DNA of 64,000 bases from the NCBI RefSeq assembly GCF_009914755.1, contig NC_060925.1; one strand, written 5' to 3'. A program made the position numbers and the translations under genes. Position 1 is the stretch's first letter, and each line of letters starts with the position of its first letter. This document shows, piece by piece, positions 1 through 18,657 of the stretch. The notes under the pieces are model-generated. The model was not told where the DNA came from. It ran no database searches and saw only the letters and a program-made list of their open reading frames with translations. Source of the stretch: the human T2T-CHM13v2.0 reference genome, Homo sapiens.

Positions 1-1034
<1,034 letters not shown>

Positions 1035-1179
1035 TGAAGTTCTTATGTGGAAGCCACGTATTATCTTGTCCTCTTTCCCTCAAATATAGTAACTTGTATT
1101 TTTCCTAGGAGGAGAAAGCCTTGTATGTGTTTTTTTGCATATTTAAGGAAACACTGCTATGGCCCTGAGATGCACCCAG

Positions 1180-1590
1180 GCCAGCCTCACCTTGCCACCC
1201 AGGGTTACTGTGAACGATAGCATTACCTTAGATTTCCTTGTTATGGGCCAAGGTGGAGTCTGTGTAATTGCTATTACATCTTGCTGTGGCTAAATCAATG
1301 CTGCCGGCCAAGCAGAAAAATCAGTACAAACACTTATAAAGCAAGCCACCTAGCTTTCTAAGGTAAGCCCAGATGGTTGATCAGATTTGTTCAACTGGTC
1401 AGTTCTCCCATAGATTAGCCTGATCCTGCTGTTTGGAGTCCTGTAGATAGTAGCCTTTATTAAATACTTTACAGGATAAATTGGAGATTCCCTCCATCCC
1501 CAGCCTTTGTCAGTCAGATTAATCAGAGTGGCTAAAGGCGTGGGATACTCATGGAAAAATCTCCCAGAAGCCAAGATCAAGTAATGAGTG
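1180..1590 (+). mobile_element. ERV env TM remnant
   Basis: 1201-1320 translates RVTVNDSITLDFLVMGQGGVCVIAITSCCG*INAAG: ISD-like segment plus CX6CC motif, with in-frame stop. Confidence 0.7.
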
Positions 1591-1597
1591 GTGAAGA

Positions 1598-3740
1598 TTG
1601 CAGGGAGACCATTCTCCCTGGGTTTCTCACATTTCTGTGCCTGTTGTGAACAGAAGCACTGATGGCCTTTGATCCAGATTGTCTTTTTGAGGATGTTTGT
1701 AGAGTAATCAATCTTGGAAGATATAGTGTTTTCTCTTGCACCAGGGGGCAAGTTTATTTACTGTCTAGTATCATAAAGATACTAGATCTTTTGGATATTA
1801 CATATTTGTCAGGTGGGTAGGTTGCAAAAGTTTTCTCCCATTCTGTAGGTTGCTTGTTCACTCTGATGCTAGTTTCTTTTGCTGTGCAGAAGCTCTTTAG
1901 TTTAATTAGATCCCATTTGTTCATTTTGGCTTTGCTGCAGTTGTTTTTGGTGTTTTCATCATGAAGGTTTTGCTTATGCCTATGTCCCGAATGGTATTGC
2001 CTAGGCTTTCTTCCAGGGTTTTTATGGTTTTGGGTTTTACATTTAAGTCTTTAATCCATCTTGAGTTAATTTTTGTATAAGGTGTAAGGAAGGGGTCCAG
2101 TTTCAGTTTTCTGCATATGGCTAGCCAGCTTTCCCAGCACCATTTATTAAATAGGGAATCCTTTCCCCTGTTGCTTGTTTTTGTCAGGTTTGTCAAAGAT
2201 CAGATGGATGTAGATGTGTGGTGTTATTTCTGAGGTCTGTGTTCTCTTCCACTGGTTTATGTGTCTGTTTTGGTATCAGTACCATGTTGTTTTGGTTACC
2301 GTAGCCTTGTGGTATAGTTTGAAGTCAGGTAGCATGATACTTCCAACTTTGTTATTTTTGCTTAGGATTGCCTTGACTATATGGGCTCTTTTTTGGTTCC
2401 ATAGGAAATTTAAGTAGTTTTTTCTAATCCTGTGAAGAATGTCAATAGTAGTTTGATGGGAATAGCATTGAATCTATAAATTACTTTGGGCAGTATGGCC
2501 ATTTTCATGACTTTGATTCTTCCTATCCATGAGGATGGGCAAAGGATATGAACAGACACTTCTCAAAAGAAGACATTTATGCAGCCAATGAACATATGAA
2601 AAAAACTCAACATCACTGATAATTAGAGAAATGCAAGTGAAAATCACAACGAGATACCATCTTATGCCAGACAGAATGGAAATTATTAAAAAGTCAAGAA
2701 ACAATTGATGCTGGTGAGGCTGTGGAGAAATAGGAACACTTTTACATTGTTGGTGGGAATGTAAATTAGTTCAACCATTGTGGAAGACAATGTGGGGATT
2801 CCTCAAGAATCTAGAACCAGAAATACCATTTGACCCAGCAATCTCATTATTGAGTATATACCCAAAGGAATATAAATCATTCTACTATAAAGGCACATGC
2901 ACACTTAATGCACACTTATGTTTATTGTGGCACTAATCACAATAGCAAAGACACAGAACCAATCCAAATGCCTATCAGTGAGAGACTGGACAAAGAAAAT
3001 GTGGTACATATCACCATGGAATACTTTGCAGCCATAAAAAAGAATGAGTTCATGTCCTTTGTAGGGACATGGATGAAGCTGGAAGCCATCATTCTCAGCA
3101 AACTAACAGAGGACAGGAAAGCAAACACCGTATGTTTTTACTCGTAAGTGGGAGTTGAACAATGAGAACACATGAACACAGGGAGGGGAACAACACACAT
3201 CAGCGCCTGTCAGGGGGTGGGGGGCAAGGGGAGGGAGAGCATTAGGAAAAACACCAAATGCACGTGGGGCTTAAAACTTAGATGACGGGTTGCTAGGTGC
3301 AGCAAACCACCATGGCACCTGTATACCTAACTAACAAACCTGCACATTCTGCACATGTATCCCAGAATTTAAAGTTACAAAAAAAAAAAAGATAATAGGG
3401 AAAAGGTTAGGCAGGTTTTCTTGCTTATAGAAGATTTGGAGTCCCTGAAGGTCAGAGTTCCTCACCTGTGATGCACCCCTACCATGCACACCATCCACCT
3501 GGGCTTCTCTGTGTCATTCCCATGGGATCTGGGAGGCAAGGAGAACCAACGCTAATGTGAAGTTCATTCTGTTTGCCATGCTATACATAATAATAATCTT
3601 TGAATCTGAGCCTGACATCTCATGTTTTCTGGCAGTATCCATGAAACTGTGGATAGTTTATTGTTTGCAAGTAGACTTATTAGTCTTATTATTTTGCAAG
3701 TAGGATAAAATATTAGTTTGCAAGTAGGATAAAAATCTGA
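1598..3740 (+). mobile_element. ERVL-group LTR (LTR47-like, tentative) split by an L1 insertion
   Basis: LTR-like sequence at 1598-1781 resumes at ~3391; short duplication AAAGATA flanks the L1. Confidence 0.45.
1782..3390. mobile_element. 5'-truncated L1PA with 5' inversion (twin priming): 1782-~2537 minus, ~2538-3390 plus with polyA
   Basis: ORF2 C-terminal homology on minus (ORF 1921..2196) then plus (2908..3147); 3'UTR and polyA at ~3379-3390. Confidence 0.9.
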
Positions 3741-3761
3741 GACCTATTCCCCAGTTCTTGA

Positions 3762-4109
<348 letters not shown>

Positions 4110-5755
4110 AACAATGTTAAGGTTTGTCAGTAGAAGGTGCTGGAGAAATATTGGAAAAGGGCGGGCTTCTCGTCTTAGTTCTGGTGTACTCTTCTTGCCA
4201 GATGTCTGCAGTTTGTGTTTTCTCTACCACGGTTTCCTGCAGCATTCAGTTTTGCCAACATGTGGGGCCCACTGAGAAAGGCTTCTCTGATGTCTAGCTC
4301 CTACAGTACCCAGCGGCCATCACACTCAGTGACCAGCAGCCTCCTTTGGTAACATTCAGATGGTTTTGCAGCAGAGTGTCACCAACTAGACACTCTCCCA
4401 TGAATGGCTTTTTGGCACCTTTTCTAGTTACCTATGACCATGTCCTCTAAAATAAGGTCAGATCTTGACCTAGGAGCAGTGGCTGTTCTTTATATCTGTG
4501 ACTCCCTGTTTCTGTCTCCTGGGTTGAACCTAACACAGAATCTAAAGTACTTGCTACTTTCTGCTCATATGATCCAGTCAGCACAATGTCACTGATGTAT
4601 CAGATCAGTGTGATGTTTACAGGAATATCATGATCCTCATCTCTGAAGAGTATATTATGGCAGAAAACAGAATTGACATAGCCCTGAGGTGAGAATGTAA
4701 AGGTATACTGTTAGCCCTGCTAGATAAAGGCAGGTGGCTTGTGGTATTCCTTACAAAATTGGTATGGAACAAAAGGCATCTGCCAGGTCAGTAGCTGCTT
4801 ACCAAGTGCCAGGAGCTGTGTTTACTTGCTCCCATATGATGCTACAGCTGGAAAAACAGCTGCAATTGAATTATAAAATTACTGCATGAGCAGTTTTAGA
4901 ATCACCCACAAACATTCTCCAAGATCAATCTGATTTTTGCACATTTCTCATTGGTGAATTAAATCAGGGTGCAATAGGTGCTTCTTTGAAGTCTTCTAGA
5001 GTGGTATGAATCTCTGCAGTTCCTGGGGGTAGGAAGGGGCAGCACTGCTTCTGGCTTATTGTCTTGGTAGGGAAGGGAAGTCCAGGGCCTTCCACATAGT
5101 GCTTCCTACCACAGTGACACTCATCCCTTTGGTCAGAGCGCCAATGTAGGATTCTGCTAGTTTTCACATATGTCTATTTCAATGATACATTGAGGCACTA
5201 GAGATATAACAAACACACGTGTCTTTGGACCAATTGGGCCCAGTGTGAGTTGGACTTGAGGCAAGATTTCATCTGTCACCTGATTACAGTGAGCCCCGAC
5301 TTTGAGAGAACCACCAGCACTACAGGTCCCTAGGACAAGTCTTAATTTAGAATCTATGTGTACCGATTCCTGAACAATTTGAATGTTTCCTTTTCTCCTG
5401 TGCACAGTCACTCTGGTAAATGACTGCAGATCCCTTTGGGGAGGGCTTGGGGAAGATTTAGAGTGTATACTTGAGGCAAAGCTGGAGGGTCCTTCCTCAG
5501 GGAGACCCAGGCTCTACTTTTATCAAGGGTTTCTGTATCTGTGGAGTGACTTAGGTTTGGAAACTGGATGAGAGGTCATGGCTCTACTGTGGTGACTTAA
5601 GTGGTTTATAGGCACTAGACCTGGAGCTTTTTTTAAATTAAAAAAATCACTCTAATAAACTGATGATATATTTCATTCCTGAGACACCATGATCACTTAG
5701 CCACTGCCTAGATTTCTGTGGGCTGAGCATTCTGATTACTGGGACATCCCTCTTG

Positions 5756-6050
5756 CTTTTTTTTTTTTTTTTTGAGACAGGGCCTTACTCTGTCACACAG
5801 GCTGGAGGGCAGTAGCATAAACATGACTCGCTATAGCCTCACGCTCTTGAGCTCAAGCGATCCCCCTGCCATGGCCTCCCAAATAGCTGGAACCATAAGC
5901 ATGTGCCACCATGGCCAGCTAATTATAAATTTTTTTTTTGTAGAGAGAGGGTCCCACTATATTGTCCAGGCTGGTTGCAAACTCCTGGGCTCAAGCAATC
6001 CTCCCACCTCAGCCTTCCAAAGTGCTGGGATTACAGGCATGAGCCAGCAT
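5756..6050 (-). mobile_element. Alu (AluJ-like)
   Basis: antisense Alu dimer with polyT. Confidence 0.9.
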
Positions 6051-6171
6051 AATCTGTGAGCCAGGATTACAGGAGAGATGCCCCGCGTCTCTCCTGCTTT
6101 TTATGGTAAATGCACTCACCTTGCTTTTGGTGATGAAGTGTTGCCGCTAGTCCTCTACTGCTCTGTGATAT

Positions 6172-6616
6172 TGTATTACTCAGGGTTCTCTAGAGAGACA
6201 GAACTAATAGGATAGATATACATCTAAAGGGGAATTGTATTAAGTATTAACTCACATGATCACAAGGTCCCACAACAGGACGTCTGCAAGCTGAGGAGCA
6301 AGGAGAGCCAGTCCGAATTCCAAAACTGAAGAAATTGAAGTCCAATGTTCGAGGACGGAAAGGGTCCAGCATGGGAGAAAGATGTAGGGTGGGAGGCTAG
6401 GCCCATCTCATCTTTTCCTGTTTTCTGCCTCTTTATATTCTAGCTGCACTGGCAGCTGGTTAGACAGTGCCCACCCAGATCAAGGGTGGGTCTGCCTTTC
6501 CCAGCTCACTGACTCAAATGTTAATCTCCTTTGGCAACACCCTCACAGACACACCCAGGATTAATACTTTGCATCCCTCAATCCAATCAACTTGACACTC
6601 AGTATTAACCATCACA
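6172..6616 (-). mobile_element. MLT2A (HERV-L) solo LTR
   Basis: termini tgtattactcagggttctc...cagtattaaccatcaca; 5-bp TSD gatat/gatac. Confidence 0.85.
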
Positions 6617-6708
6617 GATACCATTATCTTGAATAAAGTTAGAAAGACCATCTCAATGTGGCCTCCTCCACAGTCATACCTGCTTACTAAGGAGAATAAT
6701 CAGAGACA

Positions 6709-7041
<333 letters not shown>

Positions 7042-7287
7042 TAGATGTCCTCCACAAAAATGAATTTCTTGGTGTGTTAGTAAGGGAACTGTCTTCTGTG
7101 CCTTCTTGGCATTTGTAGTTGGGGGGTGATCGTGCAGGTTGCAAAAGAGAAATCCAGTCCAACAGTCCCATCTCCATAAGACTTTGGATTTCCTTCTACA
7201 AATAGTGCTGGGGAAACCCTGGCATCTCAACTTCATTAAATGTAAGCCATACCACTGTGCCCAAGGTTAAGTTTACAACCACATTTT

Positions 7288-7778
<491 letters not shown>

Positions 7779-8091
7779 TCAGGATCTCTCATGGGATGTA
7801 ATCAAGTGTCAGCCAGGGCTGCCATCATCTCAATGCTCAGCTGGGGAAAGATTAGCTTCCTTGGCCACTCATGTGGCTGTTGGCAAACCTCAGGGCTTCA
7901 CTGGCTGTTGGCTAAAGACATCATTGTGAAGCAGAACACTGTGTACCAGTTACCAGTTCCAGGGGAGAGGTCCAAACACTTCTGCCCATTGCATCTTGGT
8001 ACTGGAATGGCCAAAGGAAACACAACCTAGTTAAACACTGAATGGAGCAAGCTTGACTTACATAGAGAAGAGGCAGAGGATGATCAGCTTC

Positions 8092-8474
8092 AAATGTGGT
8101 ACATATACACCATGGAATGCTACAAAGCCATAACAAAGAATGAGATCATGTCCTTTGCAGCAACATGGATGGAACTGGAGGCCATTATCCTACGTGAAAC
8201 TTGGGAACAGAAAACCAAATACCACATATTCTCACTTATAAGTCAGAGCTAAACATGGAGAATGCATGGTCACAAAAAAGGAACAGGCACTGGGACCTAC
8301 TTGAGTGTAAAGGATGGGAGGATGGAGAAGATTGACAAACTACCTGTCGAGTACTATGCTCATTACCTGGGCGATGAAATAATCTGTACCCCAAACCCCT
8401 GTGACATGCTATTTACCTATATAAAAAACCTGCACAAGTACCCCTGAACCTAAAATAAAAGTTAAAAAAAAAAG
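8092..8474 (+). mobile_element. L1 3' end fragment (older L1P/L1M)
   Basis: ORF2 end/3'UTR homology with polyA. Confidence 0.8.
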
Positions 8475-9240
8475 TGTCAATAGTGTGTCCCCATGGCCAG
8501 CAAAGCCCCCATGGCCAGTGAGTCTCTCCTGGGGCAGCTGACACAGGGCAATTGGTTACATGCACCTCTCTCATGCTGTAGTTGAAGGACCCCATTCCCT
8601 CCCATGGAGACAGACACAGCAGTGGAGTTGGCCAGATGCCATGTGATGCCCATGCTTAGGCAGAACAAAGGAGCACACACTAGCAACAGGGAAAGATCTT
8701 CCCACACAAGGCAGCAAGCCTAGCACAGGTCATGTTATGAAATGTCCCAGCCCCAACGTCCATTCTGATGTGGCCAAATGGGGGTGGAAAGATTGCATGT
8801 GGGAGACTGCCTTTCCCAGCTCCCCACATGGCAGCTGGCTTCAGAGTGAGTGAGCCAGAGAGTGAGAGAGGAAGCAAGGGAGGGGGTGCCCCGTATACCC
8901 AGAGGGAAGCCTCAGTCTCTTTGTTGTTACTATAAAAGTGTATTATAAAACCTGATCTTGGAAGTGACATCTCATCAGTTTTGCCATAATTCTATTCATT
9001 CCTTTTTATGGCTGAATAACATTCCATTGTATGAATATACCACAATTTGTCTATTCATTCATCCACTGATGAACACTTGGGTTGTCTCCACTTTTTGGCT
9101 GTCATTAGCAATGCTGCTATGAACAATGGCATGCAAGAATCTGTCTGAGTTCCTGTTTTCAATTCTTTTGGGCATATACCTAGGAGTGGAATTGCTGGGT
9201 CATACATTGAACTTTTGTAGGGACTTCCCAATCAAAGTAA

Positions 9241-9547
<307 letters not shown>

Positions 9548-9574
9548 TAATTTTTAAAAACATAAGTCAGGTCA

Positions 9575-9967
<393 letters not shown>

Positions 9968-11394
9968 TCAGGAAAGAGACTTCAGTTAGGTAAGTGAGGG
10001 TCCAGCATACTGAGGTAGCTTAAGAGTGTGTGGTTGTTTATCAGCTTTGGATGGTTAGGATCAGTGGTCATGAACCATAGCACTGTGTTTTAATAGCTCC
10101 CAGGCAAGTGTTGCCACTGGTGAAAAGTTTATCTTTCATCATCTAGAAGAGGACAAAAAACCTTTTATGTTCTAGGGATGGGACCCTGGAAATTAAACTG
10201 ACAAAAGACAGATGAACAGGAGAAAAGGCATACAAATTTTATTTGATATTAGTATTTTTATGTGGCATGGGGGCTTTCTAGAAAGTGAAAACCCCCAAAG
10301 AAGCAATGAGGCTGGAGAACTTATATACCATTTTGACAATGAACAATAAATTTATAGAGAAGTGAGAAGACAAAGGAAAAAGGGGGTTAGGCTTTTAAGG
10401 GTGGCAAACTGTGGGAAGGTAAATATATGGGTAAACAGATGAAGATAGAAGTTGTTTTGTAAATTTTGTATGTAAATGTCTTTAGGTGCTGTCTCTGGGC
10501 TGATGAGAGTCTAGAGTCATCTTCCTCTGCCCTTCCTGGTACAAAAGAGGGAAGAGGATGCTTTCACAAAGGAGAATTTATAGAACATAAATTTATATAT
10601 TTACATATATGTTCATAGAATATATTTGCTTTTTAGGCAAATAAGTGTTTACTGTTTTCTCAGTTGTCTTCAGCTCAATATAATCCTTATGTCAAAGCAG
10701 CATATTTTGGGGGAGCATTTTCTGATCCCCTACAATAGTCTTCAAGTTTTATCTCATTTAATTTCCTGAGTCCAGTAGGATATTAGTATCCACCTTTGGC
10801 GGACTAAATGACTTGCCCAAAGCCAACAGCTAGTTAGGTGTAGGACCAGGATTTGAACCCAGGCTCTCTGGCTGCAGAACATACACCATAGAGCATGGGC
10901 TCAGTAGGTGTGCATTGAATGGCATCTAATTCTGCTGCTCCACAGTCATGCGCTGGGAACTTGGTGAGGCCCGTACAGAGCATTTCCCTGGCTTGGGGAA
11001 TACACATCTTTATATGTATTGAAAAATACCAGAAATGGCCAATTTTGGTCTCTTTTTCAGGTTGTACCGAGGAGAGAGAATTTCCTGAGTCTTCAGGTTT
11101 CTTGCTGAACCCTAAATCTGCAGGTAGCCAGCTGGGTGACTTAGAAAAAGTTTCTTAATTTCTCTAGACCATGGTGTTTTCACTTGTAAAATGGGTTCCT
11201 TTTTAGTCTTTTAAGTCTCTAACTTCGATAGAACAAAGGTGGACTATCCTAAGCTGGAGCTGATTTCATTTTGCTGTTTACTTTCTGGGATGTTTGAAAT
11301 ATTGTTTTTCAGGTTTGTTGCTATTTTGCTTGGGAAGCATGTCTGTTCACCACCTTATTCATTTAGATTCATTTCTTTAGTCTTTTATTCTTTC

Positions 11395-11700
11395 CTTTTT
11401 TTTTTTTTTTTTTTTTTTTGAGACAAGGTCTCACTCTGTTGCCCAGGCTGGAGTGCAGTGGTGCGATTGTGGCTCACAGCAGCCTCAACCTCCCAGGCTT
11501 AAGCCATCTTTGCATCTCAGCTTCCCAAGTTGCTAGGACCACAGGTGTGCACCACTACACCTGGCTAATTAAAAAAAATTCGTGGAGATGGGGTCTCCCT
11601 AGGTTGCCCAGGCTAGTCTCAAACTCCTGTGCTCAAGGATCCTCTTGCCTTGGCCTCCCAAAATGTTGGGATTATAGACATGAGCCACTGCACCTGGCTC
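11395..11700 (-). mobile_element. Alu (AluJ-like)
   Basis: antisense Alu dimer. Confidence 0.9.
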
Positions 11701-11896
11701 CTTAGTCTTTTATTCAGTAAACATTGATGGGACATCTGGCCTGTGCTGGGCAACTCTGCTAAATGTAGGGCCTTGAAGCAGGGGTGGGGTGAGGGAGATC
11801 TGGGAATAAATGGCAGGAGGTCTAAGGCCTTCCCAGCCCATTCCTGGGACAATCTCAGGAAATCCTCTGTCCTCAACACAACCTGAAAAAGAAGCC

Positions 11897-13270
<1,374 letters not shown>

Positions 13271-13921
13271 GGCTGTTTTCCAGTATTTTTCAATAAATAG
13301 AAAGATGTGCCTCCCTGAGCTAAGGCAGAGCTATGAACAGTCCTCACAAAGGTCCCAGTGTGAGTGTGGAGTAGGAGAATTAGATGCCAGTCAACACACA
13401 CCTACTGAGCCCATGCTCTGGGCAAGGCACTGTTCGAGGTCCACGCGGTGGTGAGCGACAAGGCCGGGGCTTGCTTGGAGCTTCCTTTCTAGCGGGAGGA
13501 GATGGACAAGTGGAATGCACTCAGCATCCCACTAAAACAAACAAGGCTCTGGTTGGGAGAGCGCTGTGGAGAGGAAAAGGCAGGAGGGATGGTAATGCCT
13601 ATCCAGGAGGAGTCGTGGGGACCCTGCCTCATCAAAGTGACCCTTGACTCAACTGCTGGAGGAGGTGAGGGAGTGTAACTCAGGAACTCTGGAAGAGGCC
13701 AGTGTGGCGGGGACAGAGAGAACAGGGGGCCGGGGAGATGGTATTAGGGGAGCTGTGGGATGAGGGACCGTGTAAGGCCTTGAGGATATTATAAAGTCTT
13801 TGGTGTTTCCTTGAGTGAGATGGGGGCCACATGGAAGGCCCACAGGTATATAACCTGCCAACCAGAGTCTTCTCCCCAGGTATTGCCTTTGCATGGATGA
13901 ATCTGTTTGCAGAACACCTGA

Positions 13922-14338
<417 letters not shown>

Positions 14339-14917
14339 TAGATTTCCATTAATAACTTTCTTTAATCCACCTAGAAGCCCCCTGAGGTACATTTCATTAT
14401 TCCCACTTTGTTGGTGAGATACCTGAGATGATGGGTGTCATTGATTTACCTAAAACCATACAGCTTTAAGCAGAAGTGGGAGTTGAACACAGGTCTTCCC
14501 AGCTGTAAACGCTGTGCTGGAAGGGGCTCCAGTCAAGGGCAAGTTCTGGGTCAGCCATTCAGCTTTGTTCTGGACTATGCATGGGGAAGGGGCCCATGAA
14601 AGACATCATGTGGCCCTGTTCCTCAAACTAGCGGCTTTCCACAAACGTTTGTTGAATGAATGCATCAAAAAATAAATGAAGACACTAAAGTACCTTGGAA
14701 AGTACTGAGCCACATGCTGGTCAGAGATGAGTTAAGAGCCAGTATCGATTCAAGACTAATTGGGCTGGGGGTGTTTTGTACAGAGGCTGAGAAGAAATTC
14801 TGTCCCGTAAGGACAGAACAAGGATTTTTGTCTTGATCACATCCACCCTAATTCTTAGAGCTTTATGAGTAGCTTCTGATATTTACCTGCTGTAGAGGAG
14901 ACAGCTCAGGGTACATC

Positions 14918-15335
14918 TGTCTTAGTCTGTTTGCATTGCTATAAGGGAATACTTGAGGCTCAGTCATTTATAAAGAAAAGAGGTTTATTTGGTTCATGGT
15001 TCTGCAGTCTGTACAGGAAGCATGGCACCAGCGTCTGTTTCTGGTGGGAGACCCAGGAAACTTCCAGTCGTGGTGGAAGGCAAAGGGGAGCAAGCATCGT
15101 GGAGTGAGAGGAGGAAAGAGGGAGGGGAGAGAGGTGCCAGGTTCCTCTTCAACAATCAGCTCCCTTGTGACCAAATAGGGCAAGAACTCACACGCACTCC
15201 CACAAGAATGGCACCAAGCCCTTCATGAGGGATCGGCCCCCATGACCCAAGCACCTCCCACCAGGTCCCATCCCCAACACTGGGGATCACATTTCAACAT
15301 GAAATTTGGAGGGGACAAACATCCAAACTATATCA
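14918..15335 (-). mobile_element. MST (MaLR) solo LTR
   Basis: tgtcttagtc...caaactatatca termini; 5-bp TSD acatc (14913-14917, 15336-15340). Confidence 0.85.
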
Positions 15336-15478
15336 ACATCCAAAATGGTAGTTTCGCACATAAACCTAGACTGAGGCAGGCGGCAAGTCTGGGCAGTATC
15401 AGCTGGGTGAAAAGAATTGCTTGGTCCTAAAATCAATCAACTGGTCTCTCTCTTTCCCTCCTTCCACCTTTCAAACAG

Positions 15479-15674
15479 GGGCAGATTTTTGAGAAGCTGG
15501 GAACTTGCTTCATGCCCAGATATGTCTGTTTTATAGATGACAGCGTGAAAATAAAGAAGGGCTCTAAACTGGTGGTGATCAGCCTGCATTTTAGGATGAC
15601 ACTCATGAGGCTGTTCCAGCTCAAGGGAGACATCATCTTCTACCACAGAGTGGGCAGGGAGTTTGGAAGCCTGG
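15479..15674 (+). pseudogene. Orphan AADACL-family (AADACL4-like) exon 2 relic
   Basis: pyrimidine tract + aaacag|GGG acceptor and G|gtaag donor; translates GQIFEKLGTCFMPRYVCFIDDSVKIKKGSKLVVISLHFRMTLMRLFQLKGDIIFYHRVGREFGSL, aligning with AADACL3 exon 2 (GMIFEKLRICSMPQFFCFMQD...IVYYHGGGGVMGSL); same splice phases 0/1. Confidence 0.88.
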
Positions 15675-16024
15675 GTAAGGGGCTTCCCTGAGGCTTCCTA
15701 AGGGATGGTCCTCATTTGCTGGTACACAGTAAGCTCTCAACAGGGTTTGCCAGCTGAATGCATAAGTGATGAACAAACAGCATCTTCTCCTGGTCTGTCC
15801 TTTCTACTGTCCAGGGAGTCTATACCAGTCATGACTTAATGGCATGAAGCTGCCTAGAACTGTTCATTGTAAGGCCCAAAATTCCATATCTGCAATTCCA
15901 ATGTCCAGACATTTGAGAAAACTGAGAATTTTTTCATGACTTATTTGGCTGCCAAATCTGACCTGAGTTCATTTGTTGGTACCTTCAGATTTAAACCGAA
16001 ACAAGAATACTTATTTATTCCAGT

Positions 16025-16163
16025 TATTTATTATTATTATTATTTTGCAGATGGGGTCTTACAATGTTGCCCAAGCTGGTCTCAAACTCTTAAGCTCAAG
16101 CAATCCTCTCACCCCAGCCTCCCAAAGTGCTGGGATTCCAGGCATGAGCCAACAAACCTGGCT
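16025..16163 (-). mobile_element. Alu monomer (FLAM-like)
   Basis: antisense left arm with (TTA)n tail. Confidence 0.75.
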
Positions 16164-16342
16164 CCACTTATTTATTTATTCCACATTTTATGCCCGTATT
16201 TATTCCACATAATTTATGCTTTATGTATTCCACTTATGTGAGTGTTCATAGGTTTGCTGCAGAAATGTTCATGTGTGTAATAATGGAATATTTTCCAGTG
16301 TCCCACTAGGCTGATGTGTATTTGTTTATGTATCATATTATC

Positions 16343-16649
<307 letters not shown>

Positions 16650-16945
16650 ATATTATCTCTTTATAACTATTACACCATCACAAACATATAGGAAACCACA
16701 ATGAGATATCAACACACTTTCATGAGGCTGGCTAAAAAAAAAAAAAAAAAAAGGAATGGCATCAAATGTTGGCAAGGATGAAGGATGAAGAGAAACTGGA
16801 TCACTCATTAATTTGGGGGTGGGAGTGTGAAATGGTGAAGCCTCACTGGAAGAGCCTGGCAGTTTCTCACAAAACTCAACATGCACTTACCCTATGACCC
16901 AGCAATTGCCCTCTTGGGCAAATCCCAGAGAAATTAAAGACTTAT

Positions 16946-17248
<303 letters not shown>

Positions 17249-17731
17249 TTATGTTCACATAAATTGAATTGAAGACTTATGTTCACTTATGCCCATATCT
17301 GCATGTGAATGTTCATAGCAGCTTTATTTATAATAGCCCCAAACTAGAAGCAAACCGAATGTTCCTGAAAGGGTGAATGGTTAAACAAACCACGGTCCAT
17401 GCAGATCAAAGGATGCTGCTCAGCAAAAAGAAGGAATAAACTACTGATGCATGCAACAACTCAGGTAGATCTCCAGGGAATGACACTGAGTGAAATAAGC
17501 CAATCTCCAAAGGTTACTCACTATGTGATTCCTTTTATACAATATTCTTGAAATGACAAGTTATAAAGATGGAGAACACACAGTAGTTGCTAAGGGTGGG
17601 GAAGAGGAGAGGTAAATGTAGCTATAAAAGAGTAGATCAGGTTTGCTTGTAACAGAATTGTTCTGTATCTTGACTGCGGTGGCTGGGGGTTATATGAGTC
17701 TACATATAAGATAACATTGCATAGAGCTGAA

Positions 17732-17733
<2 letters not shown>

Positions 17734-17781
<48 letters not shown>
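17734..17781. repeat. (CA)n microsatellite, ~24 units
   Basis: perfect AC dinucleotide run. Confidence 0.97.
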
Positions 17782-17783
<2 letters not shown>

Positions 17784-18273
17784 ATGCATGTAACCAATAT
17801 TGAGTTCCTGAGTGTGACGTTCTATAGTTAGGTCCCATGCTACCACTGGGGGAAAACTGGTGAAGCATTTACAGGATCTCTCTGCTTTACTTCTTAAAAC
17901 TGCAGGTGAATCTCCAATGATCTCAAAATGAAAAGTGAAAAAAAAAAAACAAAAACAGAAACACAAAGAAGTGCTAAGCACCGCAATGCTGGTGACGGGG
18001 GATATGAGCACGTGCTGGTATTGGTGGCATGCATGAGCTCACTATTCCTGGGGAGCAGCTGGAATGAGCCTTTGCACAGCCTTTGTTGCCACAATTCGGC
18101 TCATGGAGATTCATCCTAAAGAACAGCTCAAAAGGAGAAAATGCTAAGTAACAAAAGCATAGAAACGACTTCAGTGTCCCCCATTTGCGTCATGCAAATC
18201 AGGGTATATTAGTTAACTCTGGAATATTATGCAGCCATTAAAATAATAAACACAAAGATTATATGAGAGGTAG

Positions 18274-18657
<384 letters not shown>

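Noticed and set aside
10905-10970. Possible exon 1 of the orphan AADACL paralog (ends ...gggaacttggtgagg, resembling ...acttgggtgag)
   Set aside because: No hydrophobic signal-anchor coding similarity upstream; the preceding sequence looks like an L2/MIR end
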